From: Pseudomonadales bacterium
GTDB lineage: Bacteria; Pseudomonadota; Gammaproteobacteria; Pseudomonadales; UBA5518
Reading direction: 5' to 3'
DNA length: 64,000 nucleotides
NCBI GenBank assembly: GCA_024234165.1
Contig: JACKOP010000005.1
Location: 123,409-187,408, forward strand
Shown: positions 15,507 to 26,194 of the stretch, in pieces
How positions within the stretch are numbered: position 1 is the stretch's first letter
Layout: every line of letters begins with the position of its first letter
The notes under the pieces: generated by a model
Database searches by the model: none
Told to the model about the DNA's origin: nothing
Seen by the model: the letters and a program-made list of their open reading frames with translations, nothing else
Made by a program: the position numbers and the translations under genes

Positions 15507-15914
15507 ATGATGCAGACACGCTTCGATCCGACCACGGCAGTGCGCTGGGACGAACGCGGGCTCGCTCCCGCGATCGTGCAGGATGTGCACAGCGGGCGGG
15601 TTCTGATGCTCGCCTGGATGAACGCCGAGTCGCTGCGCCTGACCATCGGCGAAGGCCGTGCGGTATTCTGGTCACGTTCGCGCGGCAAGCTCTGGCGCAA
15701 GGGCGAAAGCTCGGGGCATGTGCAGCGGCTGCACGATCTCCGTCTCGACTGCGATGGCGACACACTGCTGCTCAGCGTCGAGCAGGACGGTGGCATCGCC
15801 TGCCATACCGGGCGCACGAGCTGCTTTTACCGGCGCCTCGCTCCCGGTGGCTGGGAGGATGCAGATCCGGTACTGCGTGACCCGCAGGCAATCTACGGAG
15901 ACGGCCATGAGTGA
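15507..15914 (+). CDS. hisI: Phosphoribosyl-AMP cyclohydrolase HisI
   Basis: LAPAIVQD...[10 protein letters not shown]...FWSRSR..LW.KGE.SGH...DCDGDTLLL...CHTG..SCF. Confidence 0.9.
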   Translation: MMQTRFDPTTAVRWDERGLAPAIVQDVHSGRVLMLAWMNAESLRLTIGEGRAVFWSRSRGKLWRKGESSGHVQRLHDLRLDCDGDTLLLSVEQDGGIACHTGRTSCFYRRLAPGGWEDADPVLRDPQAIYGDGHE

Positions 15915-16266
15915 CGTGCTGGATCGTCTCGACGCGGTGATCACCGAGCGCCTGCAGAGCGCGGACCCGACGACTTCCTACGTCGCCAGCCTGCACCATG
16001 GCGGGATCGACCGCATCCTGAAGAAAATCGCCGAGGAAAGCGGCGAGACCCTGCTGGCAGCGAAGAACCTCGCCGCCGGCGGTGACCGGCAGGCGCTCGT
16101 CGGCGAAACGGCAGATCTGTGGTTCCATTGCCTGATCATGCTGGCAGCGCTCGATCTGCGCAGCCGCGACGTGCTCGAGGAACTCGAACGTCGCTTCGAT
16201 CTTTCCGGACTGGCCGAAAAGGCATCACGACGGCACCCGCTGCAAAGCAGCAACTCCGCAACCTAG
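15907..16266 (+). CDS. hisE: Phosphoribosyl-ATP pyrophosphatase HisE
   Basis: The ATG at 15907 overlaps the end of hisI by 8 nt. [30 protein letters not shown]...[13 protein letters not shown]. Confidence 0.9.
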   Translation: MSDVLDRLDAVITERLQSADPTTSYVASLHHGGIDRILKKIAEESGETLLAAKNLAAGGDRQALVGETADLWFHCLIMLAALDLRSRDVLEELERRFDLSGLAEKASRRHPLQSSNSAT

Positions 16267-16278
16267 AGGACGAAGTAT

Positions 16279-16515
16279 ATGGGCCTGGGCGGTATCAGCA
16301 TCTGGCAACTGTTGATCATCCTGGTGATCATCGTACTGCTGTTCGGAACCAAGCGACTGGGGTCGCTGGGTTCCGACCTGGGATCGGCGATCCGCGGCTT
16401 CCGCAAGGCGATGCAGGACGAGCCGAAACCGGAGGACAAGCGCCTGACCGAGGACGAGGCGCACAAGTCCGACGTGATCCAGGGCGAGGCCCGGCGCACG
16501 GAAGAGAAGCACTGA
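16279..16515 (+). CDS. tatA: Twin-arginine translocase subunit TatA
   Basis: [35 protein letters not shown]. Confidence 0.9.
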   Translation: MGLGGISIWQLLIILVIIVLLFGTKRLGSLGSDLGSAIRGFRKAMQDEPKPEDKRLTEDEAHKSDVIQGEARRTEEKH

Positions 16516-16525
16516 GGCGCAGCCG

Positions 16526-16885
16526 GTGTTCGAGATCGGCTTTTCCGAACTGCTGCTGGTGGCAGTGATCGGCCTGCTGGTGCTCGGCCCCGAGCGACTG
16601 CCGACGGCGATACGCACGGCTTCGCTGTGGATCGGGCGCATCCGGCGTCAGTTTCACGAGATCAAGACCGAAGTCGAGCGCGAAATCGGCGCTGACGAGA
16701 TACGCGCCCAGTTGCGCAACGAAGCGATCATGGACGAGCTGCGCCAGTCGCGCGACGCACTCCAGTCCTCGGTGCACGAACTCGGCTCCGACGTCACCGC
16801 AACGAGCACACCGCCAACCCTGCCGACGGCAACGACGACTGCGGCGAGCACGCCGGCGACCGACGGCGACGGCAAATCGGCATGA
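16526..16885 (+). CDS. tatB: Twin-arginine translocase subunit TatB
   Basis: GTG start; [26 protein letters not shown]. Confidence 0.85.
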   Translation: MFEIGFSELLLVAVIGLLVLGPERLPTAIRTASLWIGRIRRQFHEIKTEVEREIGADEIRAQLRNEAIMDELRQSRDALQSSVHELGSDVTATSTPPTLPTATTTAASTPATDGDGKSA

Positions 16886-17664
16886 GCGCACGCCTGCCTC
16901 CTCCGTCGCCGTCCGACGACGCCGAGATGCCGCTGATCGCGCACCTGACCGAACTGCGTCAGCGCCTGATCCGCGCGCTGTTCGCCGTACTGCTGACATT
17001 CGCTTCGCTGGTGTATTTCGCCAAGGACATCTACCACTTCGTGTCCGAACCGCTGCGGCGCTTCCTCCCGGAAGGCTCGACGATGATCGCCACCGAGGTC
17101 GCCTCGCCGTTCCTGGCGCCTTTCAAGCTCACGCTGATCGTCGCCGCACTGCTCGCGATGCCGTATGTGCTGTACCAGGCCTGGGCCTTCATTGCACCGG
17201 GCATGTACAGGCACGAGAAGCGTTTCGCGCTGCCGCTGCTGGTGTCCAGCATCGTGCTGTTCTATTCGGGCGTTGCGTTCGCGTACTACTTGGTCTGCCC
17301 GATGGTGTTCGGCTTCTTCACCCATATCAGCCCCGAAGGCGTATCGGTGATGACGGACATCAACCATTACCTCGATTTCGTGCTGACCTTGTTCTTCGCT
17401 TTCGGCTTTGCGTTCGAGGTACCCGTGGCTACCGTGTTGCTGGTCTGGGCCGGCATCACGACGCCGCAGGCGTTGACGGACAAGCGGCCCTACGTGATCG
17501 TCGGCTGCTTCGTCGTCGGCATGCTGCTCACACCGCCCGACGTGTTTTCGCAAACGATGCTCGCGGTGCCGATGTGGGGACTGTTCGAGATCGGCATCGT
17601 CGCGAGTCGCCTGCTGCTCGCGGAGAAGGCACGTACGGCCGCTAGCTCTGCAGAAGAAAAGTGA
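16882..17664 (+). CDS. tatC: Twin-arginine translocase subunit TatC
   Basis: [15 protein letters not shown] followed by six predicted TM segments. Overlaps the tatB stop. Confidence 0.9.
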   Translation: MSARLPPPSPSDDAEMPLIAHLTELRQRLIRALFAVLLTFASLVYFAKDIYHFVSEPLRRFLPEGSTMIATEVASPFLAPFKLTLIVAALLAMPYVLYQAWAFIAPGMYRHEKRFALPLLVSSIVLFYSGVAFAYYLVCPMVFGFFTHISPEGVSVMTDINHYLDFVLTLFFAFGFAFEVPVATVLLVWAGITTPQALTDKRPYVIVGCFVVGMLLTPPDVFSQTMLAVPMWGLFEIGIVASRLLLAEKARTAASSAEEK

Positions 17665-18079
17665 CCGGACCATCGTTGCACAGGCTGACCTGCATGTTGG
17701 CGCCGAACTCGCCGCAGACGACCGGTCGGTGACGCTCGCGCAAGACTTCCAGCATCCGCTCGTAAAGCCGGCGCGCCAGCTCCGGCTCTGCCGCCGTACT
17801 GAACCCGGGACGCAAGCCGCGCGTCGTATCCGCCGCCAGCGTGAACTGCGAGACAAGCAGCAGCCCGCCCGCGGCGGCACGCAGATCGAGATTCATGCGC
17901 CCGGCCGCATCGGGAAACACCCGGTAAGCCAGCAGCCGCGCCGCGAGCGCGTCGGCGCGCCCCTCGTCGTCGTTGCGCTCCACGCCAAGAAACACCAGCA
18001 AGCCGCGATCTATACGCGCGACCTCCGTGTCGTCGACTGCGACCGCAGCCCAGCACACCCGCTGGATCAGTGCCCGCAT
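17642..18079 (-). CDS. dtd: D-aminoacyl-tRNA deacylase
   Basis: Internal ATG at 18077-18079: MRALIQRV....LLVFLGVE..D...[16 protein letters not shown]. Confidence 0.9.
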   Translation of the reverse strand: MRALIQRVCWAAVAVDDTEVARIDRGLLVFLGVERNDDEGRADALAARLLAYRVFPDAAGRMNLDLRAAAGGLLLVSQFTLAADTTRGLRPGFSTAAEPELARRLYERMLEVLRERHRPVVCGEFGANMQVSLCNDGPVTFLLQS

Positions 18080-18089
18080 CTGCCGCCCT

Positions 18090-19046
18090 TCAGCCTGCGG
18101 ATTCGATCGTGGCGATCTCGCGCGTGGCACGCACCAGCGCATCGATGATCCCGGGTTCCGCAGCCGAATGCCCGGCATCGCGCACGATGCGCAGTTGCGC
18201 CTTGGGCCACGCGGCGTGCAGCGCAAACGCGTTGTCGACCGGACAGATCATGTCGTAACGCCCGTGCACGACGTAGCCCGGAACGTCCGCGATGCGCCAG
18301 GCATCGCGCAGCAGTTGTCCGTCGTCCAGGAATCCGCCGTTGACGAAATAGTGCGACTCGATGCGCGCAAGGGAGAGCGCCACGTGCGGATCCGAAAAAC
18401 GGTCGATCACGTCGTGGTTGGGTCGCAGTGTCGCGCACTGCGCTTCCCACAGCGCCCATGCCTTCGCCGCGGACATGCGCGCAATCTCGTTCGTACCGGT
18501 CAGCAGGCGATGGTACGCGTGGACCAGTTCATGGCGCTCAGCCGCAGGCACATGTTCGACGTATTCCTGCCAATGATCGGGGAAGACCCGACTGGCACCC
18601 TCCTGGTAGAACCAATCCAGGTCCTCGCGCCGGCACAGGAAGATGCCGCGCAGCACCAGCGCGATCACCCGCAGGGGAAACGCCTCGGCATACGCCAGGC
18701 CAAGCGTGCTGCCCCAGGAACCGCCGAACAGCACCCAGCGCTCGATGCCGAGAAAACTGCGGATCGATTCGATATCACGGATCAGCGCTGCCGTGTCGTT
18801 GCCGGCCAGCTCACCGTGCGGGGTCGAGGATCCCGCACCGCGCTGATCGAACAGCACGATGCGGTAACGCGCCGGATCGAAAAAACAGCGGTTCGATGCC
18901 TGACAGCCCGCGCCAGGACCACCATGCACGAACAGCACCGGGATACCATCAGGATTGCCGCTTTCCTCGAGATGAAGCTCGTGTGGCGGATCCACCGCCA
19001 GACGGTGCACCGCATACGGCCTGATTTCGGGATAGAGCGTCAACAT
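18090..19046 (-). CDS. pip: Prolyl aminopeptidase (proline iminopeptidase)
   Basis: [11 protein letters not shown]...[18 protein letters not shown] and the nucleophile elbow GGSWGSTL. Confidence 0.85.
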   Translation of the reverse strand: MLTLYPEIRPYAVHRLAVDPPHELHLEESGNPDGIPVLFVHGGPGAGCQASNRCFFDPARYRIVLFDQRGAGSSTPHGELAGNDTAALIRDIESIRSFLGIERWVLFGGSWGSTLGLAYAEAFPLRVIALVLRGIFLCRREDLDWFYQEGASRVFPDHWQEYVEHVPAAERHELVHAYHRLLTGTNEIARMSAAKAWALWEAQCATLRPNHDVIDRFSDPHVALSLARIESHYFVNGGFLDDGQLLRDAWRIADVPGYVVHGRYDMICPVDNAFALHAAWPKAQLRIVRDAGHSAAEPGIIDALVRATREIATIESAG

Positions 19047-19228
19047 GGCGACCGTTCCGCATGACGGCAAGGCTGGCCATTCTACGCTGGCGACCGCTGG
19101 CGCGCTCGTCGATGCGACCCGCGATCGAGCACATTTGCCATGCCCTCCTCTTCAGAGGCTATCGCAAAACCCCTTGAGCGTTCACATGATCTGCGCGTGG
19201 CGCCTCGTGATGTTTTGTGACAGCCTCT

Positions 19229-20266
19229 TCAGGCGAGCAGAGCGGCGATATGCCGCGCCTGGGTTCGCAGACGCTGTCTTTCGATACGGCGAAACAAGCG
19301 GCTCGGCGGGTCGCGCTCCGCCAGCAACGCTCCCCAGCGGCGCATCACCTCGAGGAACTGGAACAGCAGGAAAGTCTGCTCATCGGGCGGCAGCAGCCGC
19401 TGGTCATAATGCGCCGTGAACGCCGACCAGTCGTCGTGCGCACAACCGCACACACCGAGCAGGCGCGCTCCCGCCGGCGCGTAGCGATGTGCAAACAGAT
19501 AGACGAGCATGCGATTCACGTCGACGACCAACGGGCTGGCACGCCGTGCGAGGAAGTCGATTCCGTAAGCCCGCTCACCGGCAAGCAGCAGGTTGTACGG
19601 AGTGAAGTCGCCGTGCACCGCGCCGTGCGCAACCGCCACACCGCGCAATGAGTCGACACGCTGCACGAGCAGTGCGAAACAGGTGTCGAAATCCCGTAGC
19701 CGCTGCCCGGCAGGAATGGCTGCGGCACGGTGTTCGACCCGCTGCAACGCAGCGTCCACATCGACCTGCTGCATCGCAATCGCGCCGCGCGAGTGAAACC
19801 ACGCAAGCCAGCGTGCGCTGCGTGCGAGTACTGCCTCACGCGACAGGTGCAGGCGCGCCGGACCATAGAGCACGCGCTGCAGCTCCACGCCCTCTATCCA
19901 CTCCATGAGCACGGCGGGGCGTGCCTCGAGCAGCGCAAACGGCGCCGCTACGCGCATGCTGCCGGCCTCGGCATGGTATCTGGCGAGTGCGGTATACGAC
20001 CTGCGTGCATGACGCAGCGGAGCCTCGCGATCGAGGAACACCTTGACGGCAGCGTCGCACGGAAGCGCGGACGAGCGTATCCGGTAGATGCGCGCGCTGC
20101 GCCTGACACGCGGGCGCCCCAGCGCGACCCAATCGCCGGGCGCACCGGTCGTCCGGCAGTACTCGTCCATGACCTGGTGCAACAATGGATCCAAGCGATG
20201 CTCCTGCGGCCTCGCGTGGCCGGTGCAAGCCGGCAGCCGCAACGGCATCATTGTGCGTGCGCGCAC
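19229..20266 (-). CDS. Protein-kinase-like (APH / LPS-kinase type) phosphotransferase family protein
   Basis: A catalytic-loop-like HGDFTPYNLLL followed by IDF. There is no further specificity, and the start is uncertain. Confidence 0.5.
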   Translation of the reverse strand: MRARTMMPLRLPACTGHARPQEHRLDPLLHQVMDEYCRTTGAPGDWVALGRPRVRRSARIYRIRSSALPCDAAVKVFLDREAPLRHARRSYTALARYHAEAGSMRVAAPFALLEARPAVLMEWIEGVELQRVLYGPARLHLSREAVLARSARWLAWFHSRGAIAMQQVDVDAALQRVEHRAAAIPAGQRLRDFDTCFALLVQRVDSLRGVAVAHGAVHGDFTPYNLLLAGERAYGIDFLARRASPLVVDVNRMLVYLFAHRYAPAGARLLGVCGCAHDDWSAFTAHYDQRLLPPDEQTFLLFQFLEVMRRWGALLAERDPPSRLFRRIERQRLRTQARHIAALLA

Positions 20267-20296
20267 CGCCGGCGCAAGCGCCGGCTGCGGGCTCGC

Positions 20297-22120
20297 TCAG
20301 ACCGCTTCCCTGTGCCGCCCTGCACGCCGGCGGTCGACCTCCTTCAGCAGCTTCTTGCGCAGCCGCACGTTCTGCGGCGTGACCTCGACCAGTTCGTCGT
20401 CGTCGATGAAGTCCAGCGCCTGCTCGAGCGACATGCGGATCGGCGGCGTCAGCAGGATGTTCTCGTCGGAACCGGCAGCACGGATGTTGGTGAGCTGCTT
20501 GCCCTTGGTCGGGTTCACGGCGAGGTCGTTGTCGCGGCTGTGGATGCCGATCAGCTGGCCCTCGTAGACCTCGACGTTAGGCCCGATGAACAGCCGTCCG
20601 CGCTCCTGCAGGCTGAACAGCGCGTAGCCGAGCGCCTTGCCCGGGACCATCGAGACGAGCACGCCGTTCTGGCGCGCCGCGACCTCGCCGGCCTTCACCG
20701 GGCCGTAATGGTCGAAGATGCTGTTCAGCACGCCCGTGCCCGAGGTCATGGTCAGGAACTGGTTGCGAAAGCCGATGATCCCGCGCGAGGGAATCATGTA
20801 CTCGAGGCGCACGCGTCCCTTGCCGTCCGGCACCATGTCGCGCAGCTCGCCGCGGCGCTTGCCGATCTCTTCCATGATCGCGCCCTGGTGGGTCTCCTCG
20901 CAGTCGATCAGCAGCGACTCGTAAGGCTCCTGCTCGATGCCGTCGATCACGCGCCGGATCACTTCGGGACGCGAAACGCCCATCTCGTAACCCTCACGGC
21001 GCATCTTCTCGATCAGCACCGAGAGGTGCAGCTCGCCGCGCCCGGAGACAACGAAGCGGTCCGGCGTGCTGCCGTCCTGCACGCGCAGCGCCACGTCGGA
21101 CAGCAGCTCGCGCTCGAGGCGGTCACGGATGTTGCGGCTGGTCACGAACTGGCCTTCGCGGCCTGCGAACGGCGAGTCGTTGACCTGGAAGGTCATGCTC
21201 ACGGTGGGCTGGTCGATGGTCAGCGCGGGCAGCGCCTCCGGCGTGGCCGGGTCGCACAGCGTCGAGGAGATCTTCAGGTTCTCGATGCCGGTGATGCTCA
21301 CGATGTCGCCCGCCTCGCCCTCGGCGATCTCTGCCTTCTCGAGGCCCGTCTGGCCCAGCACCGCATTGATGCGGGCGTTGCGGCGTGTGCCATCGGCCTC
21401 GATCACCGCCACCTGCATGCCCGGGCGCGCCACGCCACGCTTCACGCGGCCGATGCCGATCACGCCGACATAGCTCGAATAGTCGAGCGCGCAGATCTGC
21501 ATCTGGAACGGCCCGTCGATGTCCGCCGGCGGCGGCGGCACCCGCTCGATGATCAGGTCGAGCAGCGGCGCCATGTCCTCGGCGAGCTGGTCGGGTTCCG
21601 GACCCGCCACGCCGTTCAGCGCCGAAGCGTAGATCACCGGGAAGTCGAGCTGCTCCTCGGTCGCACCCAGACGATCGAACAGATCGAACACCTGGTCCAT
21701 CACCCAGTGCGGGCGCGCACCCGGACGATCGACCTTGTTCACGACGACGATCGGGTTGAGGCCGGCCTCGAAGGCCTTGCGCGTCACGAAGCGCGTCTGC
21801 GGCATCGGACCGTCAACCGCGTCGACCAGCAGCAGCACGCTGTCGACCATCGACAGGATGCGCTCCACCTCGCCACCGAAGTCGGCGTGTCCGGGTGTAT
21901 CGACGATGTTGATCCGGTAGCCCTTCCAGTCGATCGCGGTATTCTTCGCGAGGATCGTGATGCCGCGCTCGCGTTCCTGATCGCCGGAGTCCATGATGCG
22001 CTCCTTGCCGGCGTCGCGCCGTCCGAGGGTGCCGCATTGCTGGAACAGTCGGTCGACCAGCGTGGTCTTGCCATGATCGACGTGGGCGATGATGGCGATA
22101 TTGCGCAAGCGTTCCCGCAC
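20297..22120 (-). CDS. typA: Translational GTPase TypA/BipA
   Basis: GTG at 22118-22120 with GAGG upstream. [35 protein letters not shown]. Confidence 0.95.
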   Translation of the reverse strand: MRERLRNIAIIAHVDHGKTTLVDRLFQQCGTLGRRDAGKERIMDSGDQERERGITILAKNTAIDWKGYRINIVDTPGHADFGGEVERILSMVDSVLLLVDAVDGPMPQTRFVTRKAFEAGLNPIVVVNKVDRPGARPHWVMDQVFDLFDRLGATEEQLDFPVIYASALNGVAGPEPDQLAEDMAPLLDLIIERVPPPPADIDGPFQMQICALDYSSYVGVIGIGRVKRGVARPGMQVAVIEADGTRRNARINAVLGQTGLEKAEIAEGEAGDIVSITGIENLKISSTLCDPATPEALPALTIDQPTVSMTFQVNDSPFAGREGQFVTSRNIRDRLERELLSDVALRVQDGSTPDRFVVSGRGELHLSVLIEKMRREGYEMGVSRPEVIRRVIDGIEQEPYESLLIDCEETHQGAIMEEIGKRRGELRDMVPDGKGRVRLEYMIPSRGIIGFRNQFLTMTSGTGVLNSIFDHYGPVKAGEVAARQNGVLVSMVPGKALGYALFSLQERGRLFIGPNVEVYEGQLIGIHSRDNDLAVNPTKGKQLTNIRAAGSDENILLTPPIRMSLEQALDFIDDDELVEVTPQNVRLRKKLLKEVDRRRAGRHREAV

Positions 22121-22229
22121 TGGAGACCTCGACGGATGGAATGGCAAGGAAAAAGGGCCGCGCATTGTATCGCCAATCGCGCCAAGACGATGCGGTGATT
22201 AATGCCGACCGGGAACTGCGGTGGCACCC

Positions 22230-22245
22230 TGGCCGGCACCATGCA
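22230..22245 (+). promoter_or_regulatory. Candidate sigma-54 (-24/-12) promoter for glnA
   Basis: TGGCCGGCACCATGCA has GG and GC exactly 12 nt apart, compared with the consensus TGGCAC-N5-TTGCA. It lies 66 nt upstream of the glnA ATG. Pattern match only. Confidence 0.4.
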
Positions 22246-22310
22246 CCCCAATTCATCCTCAAACTCAAACCCCGGGCGATGAGCCCACCGAGATTCGTAC
22301 GGAGGAAACC

Positions 22311-23717
22311 ATGTCGGAACAGACGCTGAGGCTGATCGAGGAAAACGAGGTGAAATGGATCGATCTGCGGTTCACCGACACCCGGGGCAAGGAGCAGCAC
22401 CTCACGATTCCGGCCAGCGAGGCGAGCGAGGAATTCTTCGAGGAAGGCAAGATGTTCGACGGCAGCTCGATGGCGGGCTGGAAGGCGATCGACGCCTCCG
22501 ACATGATGCTGATGCCCGATGACAGCAGCGCGGTCCTCGACCCGTTCTTCGAAGAATCCACGCTGATCGTGCGCTGCAACATCCTGGAGCCCGACACCCG
22601 CCAGGCGTATAACCGCGACCCGCGTTCGATCGCGACGCGTGCCGAGGAGTACATGCGCGCGACCGGCATCGCCGACAGCGCGCTGTTCGGTCCGGAACCC
22701 GAATTCTTCGTGTTCGACGACGTGAAGTGGCATGCGGACATCAGCGGCGCGATGTACGCGATCCATTCGGAGGAAGCGGCGTGGGCGTCCAGGCAGAACC
22801 TGGACGGCGGCAACACCGGGCACCGCCCCGGCGTCAAGGGGGGCTACTTTCCGGTGCCACCGGTGGATTCGCTGCACGACCTGCGCGCCGCGATGTGCCG
22901 CGCCATGGAAAAAATGGGCCTGCAGATCGAGGTGCATCACCACGAGGTAGGCACGGCAGGCCAGTGCGAGATCGGCGTCGGACCCGCCGCGATCGTGCGC
23001 AAGGCCGACGAGGTGCAGATCCTCAAGTACTGCGTGCACAACGTCGCCCACGCCTACGGCAAGACCGCGACCTTCATGCCGAAGCCGCTGGTAGGTGACA
23101 ATGGCTCGGGCATGCATGTGAACCTGTCGCTCGCCAAGGGCGGCAAGAACCTGATGGCCGGCGATGGCTACGGAGGCCTGAGCGAAACCGCGCTGTACAT
23201 GATCGGCGGCATCATCAAGCACGCACGCGCGGTGAATGCGTTCACGAACCCCGGAACCAACTCCTACAAGCGCCTGGTGCCGGGCTACGAAGCACCGGTG
23301 ATGCTGGCCTACTCGGCGCGCAATCGCTCGGCATCGATCCGCATCCCCGCAGTATCGAGCGCCAAGGCACGACGCATCGAAGTACGCTTCCCGGACCCGA
23401 GCGCGAACCCGTACCTGGCCTTTGCCGCACTGCTGATGGCAGCACTCGACGGCATCCAGAACAAGATCCACCCGGGCGATGCGCTCGACAAGAATCTCTA
23501 CGATCTGCCGCCGGAAGAGGCCGCACAGGTACCGACCGTGGCGCACAGTCTCGAAATGGCGCTGGCGGCCCTGAACGCCGATCGTACGTTCCTGACGGCC
23601 GGCGGCGTATTCGACGACGACATGATCGATGCCTACCTCGAAGTGCGTCAGGAGGATGTCAATCGCCTGCGCATGACCACGCACCCGGTCGAGTTCGACA
23701 TGTACTACAGCGTCTGA
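22311..23717 (+). CDS. glnA: Glutamine synthetase type I
   Basis: ATG at 22311 preceded by [29 protein letters not shown], and the adenylylation-site context [10 protein letters not shown]. Confidence 0.95.
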   Translation: MSEQTLRLIEENEVKWIDLRFTDTRGKEQHLTIPASEASEEFFEEGKMFDGSSMAGWKAIDASDMMLMPDDSSAVLDPFFEESTLIVRCNILEPDTRQAYNRDPRSIATRAEEYMRATGIADSALFGPEPEFFVFDDVKWHADISGAMYAIHSEEAAWASRQNLDGGNTGHRPGVKGGYFPVPPVDSLHDLRAAMCRAMEKMGLQIEVHHHEVGTAGQCEIGVGPAAIVRKADEVQILKYCVHNVAHAYGKTATFMPKPLVGDNGSGMHVNLSLAKGGKNLMAGDGYGGLSETALYMIGGIIKHARAVNAFTNPGTNSYKRLVPGYEAPVMLAYSARNRSASIRIPAVSSAKARRIEVRFPDPSANPYLAFAALLMAALDGIQNKIHPGDALDKNLYDLPPEEAAQVPTVAHSLEMALAALNADRTFLTAGGVFDDDMIDAYLEVRQEDVNRLRMTTHPVEFDMYYSV

Positions 23718-23729
23718 CGGAGTCCCGCC

Positions 23730-24308
23730 ATGAACACCTGCCCCGCCGTCGTGCGACTGCTGCTGCTCGTGCTCGCGGCGGCGATCACCGTCCCCTCGTT
23801 TGGCGCCGACGGCGGCATCTATCGCAGCCGCGACGCCCAGGGCAACGTGATCTTCAGCGATCGCAAGGACGAGGCATCGGAACCGGTGCGGCTGCCACCG
23901 ACCAACACCGTACCCGAAGTGTCAACGCCCGCGACGTCGCCAGACCCCGCCCGGGATCAGGATGTGCCGGCCACGCCTGCCTACGAAACACTCGCGATCA
24001 CGGCCCCGCTCGACGGCGAGACGATCGTTCACCCGATCGGCTATGTCGCAGTCACCGTCGCCGTCGAACCGCCGCTGCAGGCGCGGCACAGCCTGCGCCT
24101 GCTGCTCGACGGCGAACCGGCCGGCATCCCGCAACACGGCTCGCTGGAGCTGAGCGGGCTCACGCGCGGGGAACACACACTGCACCTGCTCGTCGTCGAT
24201 GATGACGGCGCCGTGGTGCAGGAATCCGCCGCCGTCACCGTGACCGTCGAGCGCCCGGGACGCCAGCCGGCAGCACGGCGTCGACCGGTTCGCCCGCCGA
24301 GCGATTGA
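23730..24308 (+). CDS. DUF4124 domain-containing periplasmic protein
   Basis: Signal peptide followed by GGIYRSRDAQGNVIFSDR, the DUF4124 signature. Confidence 0.6.
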   Translation: MNTCPAVVRLLLLVLAAAITVPSFGADGGIYRSRDAQGNVIFSDRKDEASEPVRLPPTNTVPEVSTPATSPDPARDQDVPATPAYETLAITAPLDGETIVHPIGYVAVTVAVEPPLQARHSLRLLLDGEPAGIPQHGSLELSGLTRGEHTLHLLVVDDDGAVVQESAAVTVTVERPGRQPAARRRPVRPPSD

Positions 24309-24772
24309 TGCTCGATGTAATCCTCTACCAGCCCGAGATTCCGCCAAACACCGGCAACGTGATCCGGCTGTGCGCGAACACCGGTTGCCGGCTCCATCTG
24401 ATCGAACCGCTGGGTTTCACGCTCGACGATGCCCGCCTGCGCCGGGCCGGGCTGGATTACCACGAATGGGTCAGGCTGCGCACCTGGCAAAACCTCGACG
24501 CCTGGCGCGACGCGCACCCGCAGAGCCGCCTGTTCGCGTGCAGCACGCGTGGCAGCACACGCTACGATCAGGCAGACATCGGTATGGATGATGCGATTCT
24601 GTTCGGCCCCGAAACCCGCGGCCTGCCGCAGCATCTGCTCGACACGCTGGCACCGGAGCAGCTGCTACGCCTGCCGATGCGTCCCGGCAACCGCAGCCTG
24701 AACCTCTCGAACAGCGTCGCCGTGGTGGTATTCGAGGCATGGCGTCGCAACGGTTTCACCGGTAGCGACTGA
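24305..24772 (+). CDS. trmL: tRNA (cytidine/uridine-2'-O-)-methyltransferase TrmL (SpoU family)
   Basis: MLDVILYQPEIPPNTGNVIRLCANTGCRLHLIEPLGF ... LNLSNSVAVVVFEAWRR. Confidence 0.85.
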   Translation: MMLDVILYQPEIPPNTGNVIRLCANTGCRLHLIEPLGFTLDDARLRRAGLDYHEWVRLRTWQNLDAWRDAHPQSRLFACSTRGSTRYDQADIGMDDAILFGPETRGLPQHLLDTLAPEQLLRLPMRPGNRSLNLSNSVAVVVFEAWRRNGFTGSD

Positions 24773-24799
24773 AGGCTGCGACGCCAGTGCTCCGTCGGC

Positions 24800-25267
24800 T
24801 CAGTTGACCGCGGGTGCTGCGCCGCCCTGCTGCTCCTGCTCCTGCTGCATGAGTGCCTGCTGGTACAGCGCATCGAAGTTCACCGGTGCCAGCATGAGGG
24901 GAGGGAAGCTGCCGCGTACGACCAGGTTGTCGATCGCCTCGCGCGCGTACGGGAACAGGATGTTCGGGCACACCGTCGCCAGCACCTGGCGCAGTTGCGG
25001 CTCCGCAATGCCGTTGACGTAGAAGATGCCAGCCTGCTGCACCTCGGCGAGGAATGCCGTCTTTTCCTCGATCGCAGCCGTGATCGACAGCGTCAGTATC
25101 ACTTCGAAATTGTTGTCGTCGATACGGGTCTGCTTCGTGTTCATCTCGAGGTTCACGCGCGGCTTCCACTGCTGGCGGAACACCTCATGGCCTTGCGGCG
25201 TCTCGAACGATACGTCCTTTATATAGATGCGCTGCAGCGCGAACTGCTGCTGGGCCTGTTCGGTCAT
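24800..25267 (-). CDS. secB: Protein-export chaperone SecB
   Basis: Internal ATG at 25265-25267: MTEQAQQQFALQRIYIKDVSFETPQ ... LFPYAREAI. Confidence 0.9.
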   Translation of the reverse strand: MTEQAQQQFALQRIYIKDVSFETPQGHEVFRQQWKPRVNLEMNTKQTRIDDNNFEVILTLSITAAIEEKTAFLAEVQQAGIFYVNGIAEPQLRQVLATVCPNILFPYAREAIDNLVVRGSFPPLMLAPVNFDALYQQALMQQEQEQQGGAAPAVN

Positions 25268-25315
25268 CGACTCTTCCTCTCGGTGGTATGGTGCATCGTG
25301 CCTTTTCTTCACTCT

Positions 25316-25585
25316 TCATTCATCGCTGCGCGTTGCGGCAAGCAGCGGTTCGAGCAGTCCCTGGCGGTGCAGCTCGTCCATGTCGTCGAAACCACCGATG
25401 TGGCGGTTGCCGACCCAGATCTGCGGAACCGTGCGCCGGCCGGCGCGCCGCTCCATCTCTGCGCGCAGCGCCGCATCCGCACCGACGTCGATGTCTTCGT
25501 AGTCCACGCCAAGTCGCCCCAGCAGTTCGCGTGCGGCGATGCAGTACGGGCACGAGCGCGTCGTGTATATCGTCACATGAGCCAT
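25316..25585 (-). CDS. grxC: Glutaredoxin 3
   Basis: VTIYTTRSCPYCIAARELL ... TVPQIWVGNRHIGGFDD. Confidence 0.9.
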   Translation of the reverse strand: MAHVTIYTTRSCPYCIAARELLGRLGVDYEDIDVGADAALRAEMERRAGRRTVPQIWVGNRHIGGFDDMDELHRQGLLEPLLAATRSDE

Positions 25586-25589
25586 ATGT

Positions 25590-26006
25590 TCAGGACCGCA
25601 CCAGTGGCAATTGCTGGTTCTGCCACTCGGTGATGCCGCCACCGAGCTTGAATACCCTGCCAAAACCGCTCTGCCTCAATGCCTTCGACGCGTCGGTCGC
25701 CGACTGCCCGTACTTGCAGACCAGCACGAGCGGCTTGTCACGATGGCATTCGAGTTCGGCGATGCGCTCGGCGAACTTCGCCGCCGGCACGCTGATGCTG
25801 TCGACGATATGCCCCTGGCGAAAGTCTGCGGTCTCGCGCAGATCGACCACCACGCCTTCGTGCTGATTGACCAGCATGGTCAGTTGCGCCGGGGAAATGC
25901 TCGGGCCACCCCGACGCCGCTCATGGTTCATGAGCAGGAACATCAGCAGGATGACCAGGGTAAACAGATACCAGCGGGCGCCGACGAATTCGATGAACAG
26001 TTCCAT
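25590..26006 (-). CDS. Membrane-anchored rhodanese-domain sulfurtransferase
   Basis: N-terminal TM helix and a rhodanese active-site loop in LVLVCKYGQSATDA, with Cys in a CxxGxxA-type loop. The secB-grx-rhodanese context supports it. Confidence 0.75.
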   Translation of the reverse strand: MELFIEFVGARWYLFTLVILLMFLLMNHERRRGGPSISPAQLTMLVNQHEGVVVDLRETADFRQGHIVDSISVPAAKFAERIAELECHRDKPLVLVCKYGQSATDASKALRQSGFGRVFKLGGGITEWQNQQLPLVRS

Positions 26007-26194
26007 GGAGACCCCGGCGAAGTGCGCTCCGTCGTGCGAAACGCCCCGTAAACGAAGCGCCGAAGTATACACGCCGACCCCATGCCGACCAAGCGCGAGC
26101 GTGCGGCCCGGCACCTATGGTGCCCCGTGCGCGCTTGATGCAAACTGCCGGGCACAACGCCATCACCTGCCCTCGTTGCAGTACCTCACGCACC

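Noticed and set aside
19730-23684. 822-aa plus-strand ORF (19730-22198) and 623-aa minus-strand ORF (21813-23684).
   Set aside because: They are antisense to the kinase-like gene plus typA, and to glnA, respectively. The sense genes are highly conserved and complete.
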